64,000 nucleotides of DNA from positions 5,506 through 69,505 of the forward strand of contig JBDQHW010000011.1 in NCBI GenBank assembly GCA_040264655.1, given 5' to 3'. A program made the translations under genes and the position numbers. Shown here piece by piece: positions 18,013 to 26,721 of this stretch (position 1 is the first letter of the stretch; each line of letters begins with the position of its first letter). Source of the DNA: Dehalococcoidia bacterium. GTDB lineage: Bacteria; Chloroflexota; Dehalococcoidia; Lucifugimonadales; Lucifugimonadaceae. The notes under the pieces were generated by a model. That model was not told the DNA's origin and searched no databases. It was given only the letters and a program-made list of their open reading frames with translations.

Positions 18013-19299
18013 TTACGTGCCAGCAGTCTCCTTTTCACGTTTTGGTAACCAGCCACGAATCATAGAAAGTGCGCCAGTCGAGGTTTCGGATATGGCACCC
18101 GAGTCGTCAGATGTTGGAACACTCTTTCGTTCGCTCACGTGGTTTTCGGCAGGCAGGTTGCGCATGCCCCAGAGAGCGATACCGGCAGCGGCGGAGTAAG
18201 CAGGATCGTTAGTTCCTTCAGGCATTCCGTCGAGACCGCGTGGTGTGGCTAGTCGTACTTTTCGTTGGAAGATGTACTTAGCGATATTCAAGAAACCGTC
18301 AAGCTTGGCTCCGCCACCGGTGAATACGATTCGATCGGTTGGGATGTCGGCAAGGTGAGGTACTTCGAGCTTGAGCTGGATCATTCGGAACAATTCAGAT
18401 GTTCGTTCCTTAAGTACCTGCCCGATTTCTCGTTTTGAGATAGTCAGGGGCTGACTCATTGTTGTTGGATGAAGAGTGATTTCCTCTTTCATTCCAGCAA
18501 GCTCAGGAGCTGCAGTTCCGTGTTCTACCTTGAGCTGTTCAGCAGAATCGAAATCGATTGAGAACGCAATGCTCAAGTCGTTAGAGAACTGGAATCCACC
18601 AACTGGAATTACAGCTGTGTGAACAACCGCGCCGTCGTGGTAAACGGCTATGTCGGATGTCCCGCCACCAACGTCGATTAGAACGGCTCCTTCTTCACGT
18701 TCGTCGGCAGTAAGCACTGCGTCGGCGCTCGCAAGAGGCTCTACAACCATCGATGAAACTCGCACACCGGCGTCAGCAACGGCGTTGTGAAGTTCGGTGA
18801 TCTTTGAAATTGATCCCGTGATTACGTGGCTTTCGACGTGAAGCTCACCCGTGTGCATTCCCAGAGGATTGCGAACACCGTGAAGACCATCGAGAGCGTA
18901 GCTACGTGGGATTACGTGAAGTAAGCGTCGGTCGTCAGCAAGATCCATTGCACCGGCTGCTTTTTTAGCTGCCGAGAGGTCTAGATCGGTAACAGCGCGC
19001 ATGCCGTCGGTTCGTGGAACGTTCGCCCAGCGATTCTTCGATTCAACATGACTGCCAGTTAGGCCTGCGTAGACGCTAGATACTTCAACGCCTGCGTCTG
19101 CTGCGGCATCGGCAACGGATTGTTTGATCGCGGCAGTCACCGACGCAGAGTCGGCGACCATTCCTTTGCTCATTCCATTACATGGCACGATGCTTATCGC
19201 ACTCACCTCGACGCGGTGGTCGGGGCGTTTGCGGGTGATGATGGTACAAACCTTGGTTGTGCCAATATCGATAGCTACTCTGAAGTCGTCTTGCAACAT
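18013..19299 (-). CDS. ftsA: Cell division protein FtsA
   Basis: 'DIGTTKV', 'NPLGM', 'IDVGGGTSD', 'TGGGA'. Lies upstream of ftsZ. Confidence 0.95.
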   Translation of the reverse strand: MLQDDFRVAIDIGTTKVCTIITRKRPDHRVEVSAISIVPCNGMSKGMVADSASVTAAIKQSVADAAADAGVEVSSVYAGLTGSHVESKNRWANVPRTDGMRAVTDLDLSAAKKAAGAMDLADDRRLLHVIPRSYALDGLHGVRNPLGMHTGELHVESHVITGSISKITELHNAVADAGVRVSSMVVEPLASADAVLTADEREEGAVLIDVGGGTSDIAVYHDGAVVHTAVIPVGGFQFSNDLSIAFSIDFDSAEQLKVEHGTAAPELAGMKEEITLHPTTMSQPLTISKREIGQVLKERTSELFRMIQLKLEVPHLADIPTDRIVFTGGGAKLDGFLNIAKYIFQRKVRLATPRGLDGMPEGTNDPAYSAAAGIALWGMRNLPAENHVSERKSVPTSDDSGAISETSTGALSMIRGWLPKREKETAGT

Positions 19300-19449
19300 G
19301 ATGGTCTCCTGTGCGGGGTGATAAGTTGGGGGAGTGGAATTAACGGAGAAGCCGTGGCGTATCTGGTGGTTCAGCTTGGGCTGCTGATCCTTGCGATGTT
19401 GCCGAGCGTGCTCGTCGGAATGGGCTGTGGTTTTTCAATATGTTGTTGC

Positions 19450-20376
19450 TCAAATCCGCTCAGCCACCCGTAGTTTGGCGCTGCGTGCGCGTGGGTTTGA
19501 GTCAATTTCAGAATCAGTTGGAATCTGAGGACGACGAGAAATCATCTTCAGAGTCGCCAAGTGATCGCATCGGCAAATAGGAGTGCCGGGAGGGCAGATG
19601 CAGTCGGATGCCTGCTTGCGAATGAAGTTCTTCACGATTCGGTCTTCAAGCGAGTGGTATGAGATAACTGCTAGGCGGCCGCCCTGGCCGAGTAACGACA
19701 CTGCTTGTTCAAGGGCGGTTTCGAGCGCTGAAAGTTCGTCGTTCACCGCAATACGAATTGCCTGGAACGTGCGAGTCGCAGGGTTCGTTCGCTTGCCGCG
19801 GCGTGGGTTTACTTTCTCGATCAGTTCAGCGAGTTCGAGGGACGTGTTGATCGGTCGGTTGCGAACGATGGCGTTGGCAATTCGACGGGCAGCACGGTCT
19901 TCACCCAAGTGGAAAATAATGTCCGCTAGTTCAGACTCGGCGTATTCATTCACGATGTTCGAGGCAGTTATTTGCTGGTCGAAACTAAATCGCATGTCGA
20001 GCGGGTCGGCTCGTCGGAAGCTGAACCCACGAGATTCGCGGTCAAGCTGTAACGACGAAACGCCAAGATCAAATAGCACGCCATGTACAGGAACAAATTC
20101 GTATCGAAGAGCAGTCGCCCTGATGTCACGGAAGTTCGTGTTGATAGCGAGGAATGCGTCTTCGTGCTCGGCAAGTCGCTTTGTAGCTACCGTGATTGCT
20201 TCAGCATCGGCATCGAGACCTAGCACCTGTCCGCCAGGGTTCGCAGCCTTAAGGATTTCCTTTGAGTGACCGCCCTCACCGAGAGTTCCATCAATATAGC
20301 GTCCACCGGGCTGGACGTTTAGCGCCTGCATAATTTCCGGCATCATGACCGGTTCGTGGTGAAGATCTAAGCCCAT
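19450..20376 (-). CDS. rsmH: 16S rRNA m4C1402 methyltransferase RsmH (MraW)
   Basis: 'HEPVM', 'DGTLGEGGHS', 'DLGVSS.QLD', 'SYHSLEDRIVK', 'NPRARSAKLR'. Confidence 0.97.
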   Translation of the reverse strand: MGLDLHHEPVMMPEIMQALNVQPGGRYIDGTLGEGGHSKEILKAANPGGQVLGLDADAEAITVATKRLAEHEDAFLAINTNFRDIRATALRYEFVPVHGVLFDLGVSSLQLDRESRGFSFRRADPLDMRFSFDQQITASNIVNEYAESELADIIFHLGEDRAARRIANAIVRNRPINTSLELAELIEKVNPRRGKRTNPATRTFQAIRIAVNDELSALETALEQAVSLLGQGGRLAVISYHSLEDRIVKNFIRKQASDCICPPGTPICRCDHLATLKMISRRPQIPTDSEIDSNPRARSAKLRVAERI

Positions 20377-20381
20377 GAGAA

Positions 20382-20879
20382 TCACGCTTTTGACTCCGGC
20401 GTCTCCGGTTCAAATTGTCGGACGACAATCTGCGTCTGTTCGGGTTGAGGAGTTGCTGATGGTGCTGCTTCAGCGATATCGCTCGCTTCGGTGTCGAGAA
20501 CTCGGCGTTCTTCGCCCCAAGCAGCCGCTGACCAAATTTCAATAAACCTGCCAGTACCGACGATGACGACATCTTCGCCAAGACCTGCATACTCACGAAG
20601 CTGAACGGGGACAACTACTCGACCGCTTCGGTCAAGAGTTCCTGAGAATGCACCGGAGAACGTCAATCGAGCCAGCTTTCGGGCGCTGGCTGAAGTTGCA
20701 GGCTGTTGGGCGATATCGCTGGCGGCCCGTTCCCATTCTTCCGGGGTGTAAACAACAACGCAGTTGTCGTATGCCCTACCGAGAACGATGCCATCGATGA
20801 ACGCCATTTTGAACCGAGCTGGAATTGCGACCCTGCCTTGAGGATCGATTCTGTGCTCATATTCGCCGGCGAAAATCAT
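20382..20879 (-). CDS. mraZ: Division/cell wall cluster transcriptional repressor MraZ
   Basis: 'GEYEHRIDPQGRVAIPARF', 'LDRSGRVVVP', 'EIWS'. Confidence 0.96.
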   Translation of the reverse strand: MIFAGEYEHRIDPQGRVAIPARFKMAFIDGIVLGRAYDNCVVVYTPEEWERAASDIAQQPATSASARKLARLTFSGAFSGTLDRSGRVVVPVQLREYAGLGEDVVIVGTGRFIEIWSAAAWGEERRVLDTEASDIAEAAPSATPQPEQTQIVVRQFEPETPESKA

Positions 20880-20931
20880 TGTTTTCTGAAAAATCTCTGA
20901 AGTATTGGACCTGTGGAGATCAATCCGAAAT

Positions 20932-20990
20932 CACCCCTATCTGCCCCAATACGCGACAAATTGTGCCAGATCGCTACTTTCCCCGACAAT
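20932..20990 (-). promoter_or_regulatory. Candidate MraZ-binding repeat array (10-bp period)
   Basis: Minus strand reads GTCGGG-gaaa-GTAGCG-atct-GGCACA-attt-GTCGCG-tatt-GGGGCA-gata-GGGGTG: G-rich hexamers separated by 4-nt AT-rich spacers, just upstream of mraZ. Confidence 0.5.
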
Positions 20991-21182
20991 ACATTTAGCG
21001 CACAGTTTTACGAGTTATTTAAAGTTACGAACGTACTTCGCACCGTGCTAGCATCCGAATAATTGAACTCGTACGTTGGTACCTCTAGTTGTAGGCTGAG
21101 TTTGTTGGTACGTTCGTACTTGGTCATTTCTGGAGTGTCCAGATATCTGACATTTCGCCCCTAATCGGCAGGAGAAGAGCCA

Positions 21183-21674
21183 ATAGTTGCCTACGCGGTG
21201 CTAACGAGCAGCGACACAGGATCGGCCGGGAAACGTGTCGATACGAGCGGTGATGCGATCGTCGAAATCATGGGTGGCGCAGGTCATGTTTTGACCGAGC
21301 GAGTGATGCTCCCAGATGACTTCAACGAGCTGACCAATCAGATTAGAACGTGGTGCAACTCTGGGACTGTTGACGTTGTTTTAACCACTGGCGGAACAGG
21401 ACTCTCATCCCGAGACGTGATGCCCGAAGTTACTAAAGGACTGATCGATCTGGAAATACCGGGGATGGCAGAAGCAATGCGAGCAGAGTCGCTAAAGGTA
21501 ACTCGAATGGCGATGATCTCGCGAGCAGTGGTCGGAGCACGAGGATCGACACTGATCATCAATTTGCCCGGCAGTACCGGCGGCGTACGTGACAATCTCG
21601 GCGTTGTCTTACCGGTAATAGAACACGCTGTGGAAGTACTGCAAGATCGTCAGACTGGCGACCACCCGATTTAG
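21183..21674 (+). CDS. mogA: Molybdopterin adenylyltransferase MogA/MoaB family
   Basis: 'LTSSD', 'D.SG', 'TTGGTG...RDV.PE', 'SRA..G.RG.TLIINLPGS'. The track start is GTG 21198; ATA at 21183 restores the first beta-strand. Confidence 0.88.
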   Translation: MVAYAVLTSSDTGSAGKRVDTSGDAIVEIMGGAGHVLTERVMLPDDFNELTNQIRTWCNSGTVDVVLTTGGTGLSSRDVMPEVTKGLIDLEIPGMAEAMRAESLKVTRMAMISRAVVGARGSTLIINLPGSTGGVRDNLGVVLPVIEHAVEVLQDRQTGDHPI

Positions 21675-21765
21675 GCAAGGCCAAACCCTGCGCCCTCGCA
21701 TGCGCGTACGCACGTGCGGCGTTAGTCTTAGGTGATTCGTCCGATTCGTTTGGCCCGCTCAACCT

Positions 21766-22476
21766 ATGAAAATATCGATAATCACTTTGTTCCCTGAGAT
21801 GTTCTCAGGTCCTTTGGGCATGAGCATTGTTGGTCGCGCAGTTGAGACAGAGCAGGTTGAACTAAACGTTGTACAGCTACGAGATTTCGCACCCGACGAA
21901 CGTGGCACGGTTGATGAACCTCCATTTGGTGGCGGTGCCGGAATGGTTCTTCAAGCTGGCCCACTGGTCGACGCGGTTGATTCGGTAGCCGCTAAGACGG
22001 CAGGTTCAAAGAAGCCCCATGTCGTTCTAATGTCTGCGCAAGGTGCGCCGCTAACCCATCGCCGAGCGCAGGAATTATCAGAAATGAAATCCGTGATCCT
22101 GGTTTGTGGTCACTATGAAGGTGTCGACGAGCGGTTTATCGAAATGCGGGTTGACGAAGAAATTTCCATCGGTGACTTCGTTATGACCGGTGGCGAGATC
22201 CCGGCAATGGCTGTCGCCGACGCGATCATTCGCCTGATACCTGGCGTGCTCGGGGATGATGATTCTTCGAAGCACGACTCGTTTGCTCCCGGTTCTGATT
22301 CGCTGCTTGAAGGACCTGTCTATACTCGTCCTGCAAATTTCAAAGGCCTTGAAGTGCCAAAGGTATTGCTAACCGGTGATCACGCAAAGATCGAAGCTTG
22401 GCGAAGAAAACAGGCGTTGCGGAGGACCGAAGAACGTCGGCCTGATCTCTTAAATGATTGGCCTGAAACTGAGTGA
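21766..22476 (+). CDS. trmD: tRNA (guanine37-N1)-methyltransferase
   Basis: 'TLFPEMF', 'PFGGGAGMV', 'CGHYEGVDER', 'SIGDFVMTGGE', 'YTRP'. Confidence 0.97.
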   Translation: MKISIITLFPEMFSGPLGMSIVGRAVETEQVELNVVQLRDFAPDERGTVDEPPFGGGAGMVLQAGPLVDAVDSVAAKTAGSKKPHVVLMSAQGAPLTHRRAQELSEMKSVILVCGHYEGVDERFIEMRVDEEISIGDFVMTGGEIPAMAVADAIIRLIPGVLGDDDSSKHDSFAPGSDSLLEGPVYTRPANFKGLEVPKVLLTGDHAKIEAWRRKQALRRTEERRPDLLNDWPETE

Positions 22477-22629
22477 AAAAGGTGTATCGCTCGGGAAGTC
22501 GGATTGCAGTCGCAAAAAAATGGCAATCATCGGTATTGCTGCTTCGCCATTTTCAGAGGTAGACTTAACATTCTGCACTGAAACACATCGACGCCTCTGG
22601 GCGTCTTTTCGCGACGAAAGAATTTAGAC

Positions 22630-22983
22630 ATGGACGCTGCATCACTGGTCGAGCGAAAAACGCTTGAACATATCCAAGACTTCCAGCCCGGCGACACCGT
22701 CACCGTAAACCTTCGAATTGTTGAGGGTGAGCGACAGCGTGTTCAGGCTTTCCAAGGCAACGTCATTTCCGGCAAGCACCGAGGCGAACGATCACCTCTT
22801 CCTGGTGATTCCTTCACCGTTCGTCGTGTTTCCTACGGTGTGGGCGTAGAGCGAATCATTCCGTTCCACTCACCAAACGTAGAATCGGTAAAGGTAACTC
22901 GACAGGGCAAAGTAAGACGAGCACGTCTGTACTACCTCCGTGGTCTCACTGGCAAGAAGGCCAGAATCAAGGAACGCCGATAA
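22630..22983 (+). CDS. rplS: 50S ribosomal protein L19
   Basis: 'FQPGDTV.V', '[14 protein letters not shown]', '[12 protein letters not shown]'. Confidence 0.97.
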   Translation: MDAASLVERKTLEHIQDFQPGDTVTVNLRIVEGERQRVQAFQGNVISGKHRGERSPLPGDSFTVRRVSYGVGVERIIPFHSPNVESVKVTRQGKVRRARLYYLRGLTGKKARIKERR

Positions 22984-23030
22984 TCGAACGTCCGCCCAGT
23001 ATTCACATTGGGTTGATATCGAATCTAACT

Positions 23031-23062
23031 ACCCTCTCCCCAATATCGGGAGAGGGTTTTTT
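23031..23062 (+). terminator. Rho-independent terminator after rplS
   Basis: ACCCTCTCCC-loop-GGGAGAGGGT followed by a T-run. Confidence 0.85.
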
Positions 23063-23149
23063 ATTTCTGTGCCGCTAAGCGTTTGACCGCAATGATGCAG
23101 AGCAGATAATTGCGAATAGCAAAATTCCCTATCTATAACGGAGCACGAA

Positions 23150-25615
23150 GTGCAGTTCGCTGAAGTAGCCGTCGACTTTCCCGACGAGCACTCGCGCACT
23201 TTTTCGTATTCAGCCCCGGAGGATTTGGGAGTCTCACTTGGCGATCTCGTTTGGGTTCCATTTGGGCCTCGAACGGTCCAGGGGATCGTCTTTGAGTTGT
23301 CGGACGCCCCGGCTACGGAACTGGATAACATTCGGCCGATCACAGGTCGGACGCTCGCCGGTCCTTTCGTTGCCGAACACCTGCTGGCCGTTGCTCGGTG
23401 GGTTGCCGAGCACTATCGAACGACGTTATTTACTGCATGTTCGTTGCTACTACCACCGGGTGCTTCATCGAGGCTACGTACTTGGTTAATGCCGGGAACG
23501 ATCAATCGGGATCTAACAAAACGTGAACAACAAGCCGTTGGTTACGTTGTAGAAAACGATAGAGCACCAAAATCCCGCGTTGCAAGACGTTTGGGACTGG
23601 GTGGCAGTTCAATCGTTGATCGGCTCGTTCGCCAGCAAATTCTTATCGCAGAGTCCGAGTGGGAGAAGCCGCGGGTCGCCGAGGTTTACTCCAATCGGAT
23701 CGAACTGTCCGCAACCGAAACTGTCGCTCGGGAGCTAATAGCCGAATACTTGGAATCACGCTCACATAAGCGTGCGGAGCTCCTCGAATGGTTCCTTTCT
23801 GGGAAAGTTGCCCAGACTAAATCCGCCTTAAACGACTCGTTTGGTGGATCAGCAGTTAAATGGGCGTTTGAAAACGAGCTGCTAAAGATTCGTAAGATTC
23901 GTCGGGACCGTGATCCGCTTGCCGACTACTTCTTTCAGCAAGAGTTTGCTCATTCGCCCACTGAAGTCCAGAGAGCTGCGATTGATGAGATCGTAGGCCA
24001 AATTCTCACCGATGAGCCATCGTCAAAATTGAGTGATCGGAAATTCCTACTCCACGGAGTAACCGGCTCAGGTAAAACAGAGGTTTACCTACAAGCAATC
24101 GAAGCATGTATCGCCGCCGGAAGACGAGCGATTTTTCTAGTACCTGAGATCGCGCTCACTCCGCAGACTCTTCAACGAATTGCTTCTAGGTTCCCCGGCA
24201 AAGTTGGGGTTCTTCATTCAGGACTCACAATCGGCCAACGGTACGACCAGTGGTGGCGAGTCAAAAACGGTGATTTTCCGATAGTTCTAGGGTCACGAGG
24301 GGCGATATTTGCACCTGTTGAGAACCCCGGACTAATCGTGATCGATGAAGAGCATGAGTGGACCTACAAACAGGGCGATCAGGCACCTCGATATCACGCT
24401 CGTGCAGTTGCTGAGCGAATATCAGAAGAGACCGGGGCGGTACTTGTTCTTGGCAGTGCCACACCCGACATATCTAGCTACCGAGCCGCTAGCTCTGGCA
24501 GCTACAAATTACTGCACCTCCCGGAACGAGTCGGTAGGCCGGTCGACTCGAATTCGACTTCGATTGCATTGGCGAAAGTTGAGATAGTCGACATGCGCGA
24601 TGAGCGAGCGCAAGGGCATTTTGAAATGCTGAGTCGCCGCTTGATCGACGCAATGGCAGAAGCCCTGCAAGCTGGTGGAAAGGTGATCCTTTTCCTCAAC
24701 CGCCGTGGTTCTGCATCGTTCGTCCAGTGTTTGGACTGCGGAGAAGTTCGGCAGTGCAAACGATGCGATACGGCACTTACGTTCCATCAGGATTCCGAAG
24801 ATTCCGGAGCACAAAAAGGCAAGCTTGTCTGTCACTACTGCAACTACTCGGTTCGAGCAGGATCAGAGTGTCCTACATGTGGTGGAAAACAGATGCGTCG
24901 TTCATCCCCCGGGACTCAAACCGCGACAGAGGCTGTACGACAGTATTTCGCAGGAATCGAAGTGTTCCGATGGGACTCTGACAACGCTCGAACTGCCGCT
25001 GATCATCATCGAATAATGGATGAGTTCGTGAAGAGCGAAGCAAGTGTGCTCGTTGGGACCCAGATGGTTGCCAAAGGTCTTGATATCCCGAGCGTGACGC
25101 TCGTCGGAGTCATATCGGCTGATACGGGTCTAGCTGTTCCTGATTTCCGGGCAGGTGAACGGGCTTTCCAAGTGCTTGCGCAGGTAGTTGGACGAAGCGG
25201 TAGGGGAGCGTGGGACGGGAAAGCCGTGATCCAAACGTTTAATCCAGATCACTACGCAATACAGGCCGCAGCTGATCAAGATTACGAGTACTTCTACGAC
25301 ACTGAGATACGACTGCGTGCAGCGCAAGCGAATCCTCCATTCACGCAGATGGTCAAGTTGATGCATGCAGCCAACAATGAGCAGGTTGCGGCCGACGAGG
25401 CGACGAGAATGGCTGAGGCGTTAAGAGAAGCTCGCGAATCACACGGCGAAACGGGCATCGAAGTTGTAGGGCCTACGCCCGCATACCCATTAAAGATGCG
25501 GAATATGTACAGATGGCAAATCTTGCTCAAGGGCTCTCATCCTGAGAGACTTCTTGAACTTGTTCCACCCGGAAAGCTATGGACTGTAGATATCGACCCT
25601 GCGAATCTTGGGTAG
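23150..25615 (+). CDS. priA: Primosomal protein N' (replication restart helicase)
   Basis: 'GVTGSGKTEVY', 'LVPEIALTPQ', 'DEEH', 'GSATP', four CxxC Zn motifs, 'GTQMVAKGLD'. Confidence 0.97.
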   Translation: MQFAEVAVDFPDEHSRTFSYSAPEDLGVSLGDLVWVPFGPRTVQGIVFELSDAPATELDNIRPITGRTLAGPFVAEHLLAVARWVAEHYRTTLFTACSLLLPPGASSRLRTWLMPGTINRDLTKREQQAVGYVVENDRAPKSRVARRLGLGGSSIVDRLVRQQILIAESEWEKPRVAEVYSNRIELSATETVARELIAEYLESRSHKRAELLEWFLSGKVAQTKSALNDSFGGSAVKWAFENELLKIRKIRRDRDPLADYFFQQEFAHSPTEVQRAAIDEIVGQILTDEPSSKLSDRKFLLHGVTGSGKTEVYLQAIEACIAAGRRAIFLVPEIALTPQTLQRIASRFPGKVGVLHSGLTIGQRYDQWWRVKNGDFPIVLGSRGAIFAPVENPGLIVIDEEHEWTYKQGDQAPRYHARAVAERISEETGAVLVLGSATPDISSYRAASSGSYKLLHLPERVGRPVDSNSTSIALAKVEIVDMRDERAQGHFEMLSRRLIDAMAEALQAGGKVILFLNRRGSASFVQCLDCGEVRQCKRCDTALTFHQDSEDSGAQKGKLVCHYCNYSVRAGSECPTCGGKQMRRSSPGTQTATEAVRQYFAGIEVFRWDSDNARTAADHHRIMDEFVKSEASVLVGTQMVAKGLDIPSVTLVGVISADTGLAVPDFRAGERAFQVLAQVVGRSGRGAWDGKAVIQTFNPDHYAIQAAADQDYEYFYDTEIRLRAAQANPPFTQMVKLMHAANNEQVAADEATRMAEALREARESHGETGIEVVGPTPAYPLKMRNMYRWQILLKGSHPERLLELVPPGKLWTVDIDPANLG

Positions 25616-25659
25616 TGGGACAAATCTGGTGAAGTTGAAATCGATCAGTCGAGGCACGA

Positions 25660-26421
25660 ATGTCAATTAGGCGAATAAGGGTGTTCCCGGATCCGATTCT
25701 GCGTAAGAAATGCAGAGTGGTTCGACGCGTAGATGACAAAGTCGTTGAACTTGCCAACGATATGGTCGAAACGATGGATGCGGCCGGCGGAGTTGGACTC
25801 GCCGCCAATCAAGTTGGTGCGCTACAACGTGTCGTCACGCTTCATCTTCCAGGCGATGAGGATGCGATCATTCTGGTCAATCCTGAGATTCGGGACACAG
25901 AAGGCGAGCGGGAAGTAATCGAAGGATGTCTCTCGTTTCCCGGATTCGAAGGAATGGTTAAACGATCTGTCACCGTAAAGGCACGTTGGCTGGACGAGAA
26001 CGGCTCCAAAATGAAGGTGACTGCTGAGGAGCTATTTGCTCAAGCCTTGGAACACGAAGTCGATCACCTGAACGGTATTTTATATGTTGATCACTTGTTG
26101 GCACACGAAAAACTTGCTGCTGCCGGTACTCACGTCGATCCCGAAGAACCTCACATGCATGATGTTGAAGTAGAAGTGCATGCCGATCACAGCAATGAGG
26201 GTGAAGAGCCTGAAGAATCAGAAATCGAAGTGGTGCACACCACCATCAAATTCAGTGATCTGTACTCCGAAGATTCTGTCGATCAGATGCAATACGACCT
26301 TCGCCGGGCTGGATATGTGATCGATCCGCCAAAACCAACCGACCACACGCACGACCACGTCGAGTCAGACGATCCTCAGTTGGATGGCGGAGTCCTTCTC
26401 GACCCTGACCACGAGCACTAA
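25660..26421 (+). CDS. def: Peptide deformylase with long His/acidic C-terminal extension
   Basis: 'GVGLAANQ', 'EGCLS', 'HEVDHLNG'. About 100 extra C-terminal residues. Confidence 0.93.
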   Translation: MSIRRIRVFPDPILRKKCRVVRRVDDKVVELANDMVETMDAAGGVGLAANQVGALQRVVTLHLPGDEDAIILVNPEIRDTEGEREVIEGCLSFPGFEGMVKRSVTVKARWLDENGSKMKVTAEELFAQALEHEVDHLNGILYVDHLLAHEKLAAAGTHVDPEEPHMHDVEVEVHADHSNEGEEPEESEIEVVHTTIKFSDLYSEDSVDQMQYDLRRAGYVIDPPKPTDHTHDHVESDDPQLDGGVLLDPDHEH

Positions 26422-26501
26422 GCCCTCTTTCACGGCGATATTGCCTCAAAAATATGGTCTAAATGTGGCCCGTTTTCTGAAGCGAATTTACGTTGGGCCA
26501 G

Positions 26502-26510
26502 TGCTATACT
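26502..26510 (+). promoter_or_regulatory. Extended -10 promoter (TGn-TATACT) upstream of the secDF leader
   Basis: TGC TATACT at 26502-26510, about 210 bp before the secD start. Confidence 0.55.
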
Positions 26511-26721
26511 TTTTGCTTGCCTGAATCGAGTTGGTGCATTGCCACTTCGAGTTCGGGATAAATTCATGTTTTGTTCGGTGCCGCAGTCTGGCGTAAATCC
26601 AGACGGTATCGGGAGTTCGTTCTAGCAATATGCTGACGTCGCCAGATCGGTGAGAAAACGTCGGTATAAATCACATAGACACGCCGCCTGTGCGGCGCGT
26701 TTCGCGTAAGAGTCTTAGCAA

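Noticed and set aside
19300-19449. 32-codon TTG ORF between rsmH and ftsA as an ftsL remnant
   Set aside because: No transmembrane helix or leucine zipper and no SD.
19583-20269. 228-aa plus-strand ORF
   Set aside because: Antisense shadow of rsmH. The same applies to the many other short overlapping ORFs in the track.
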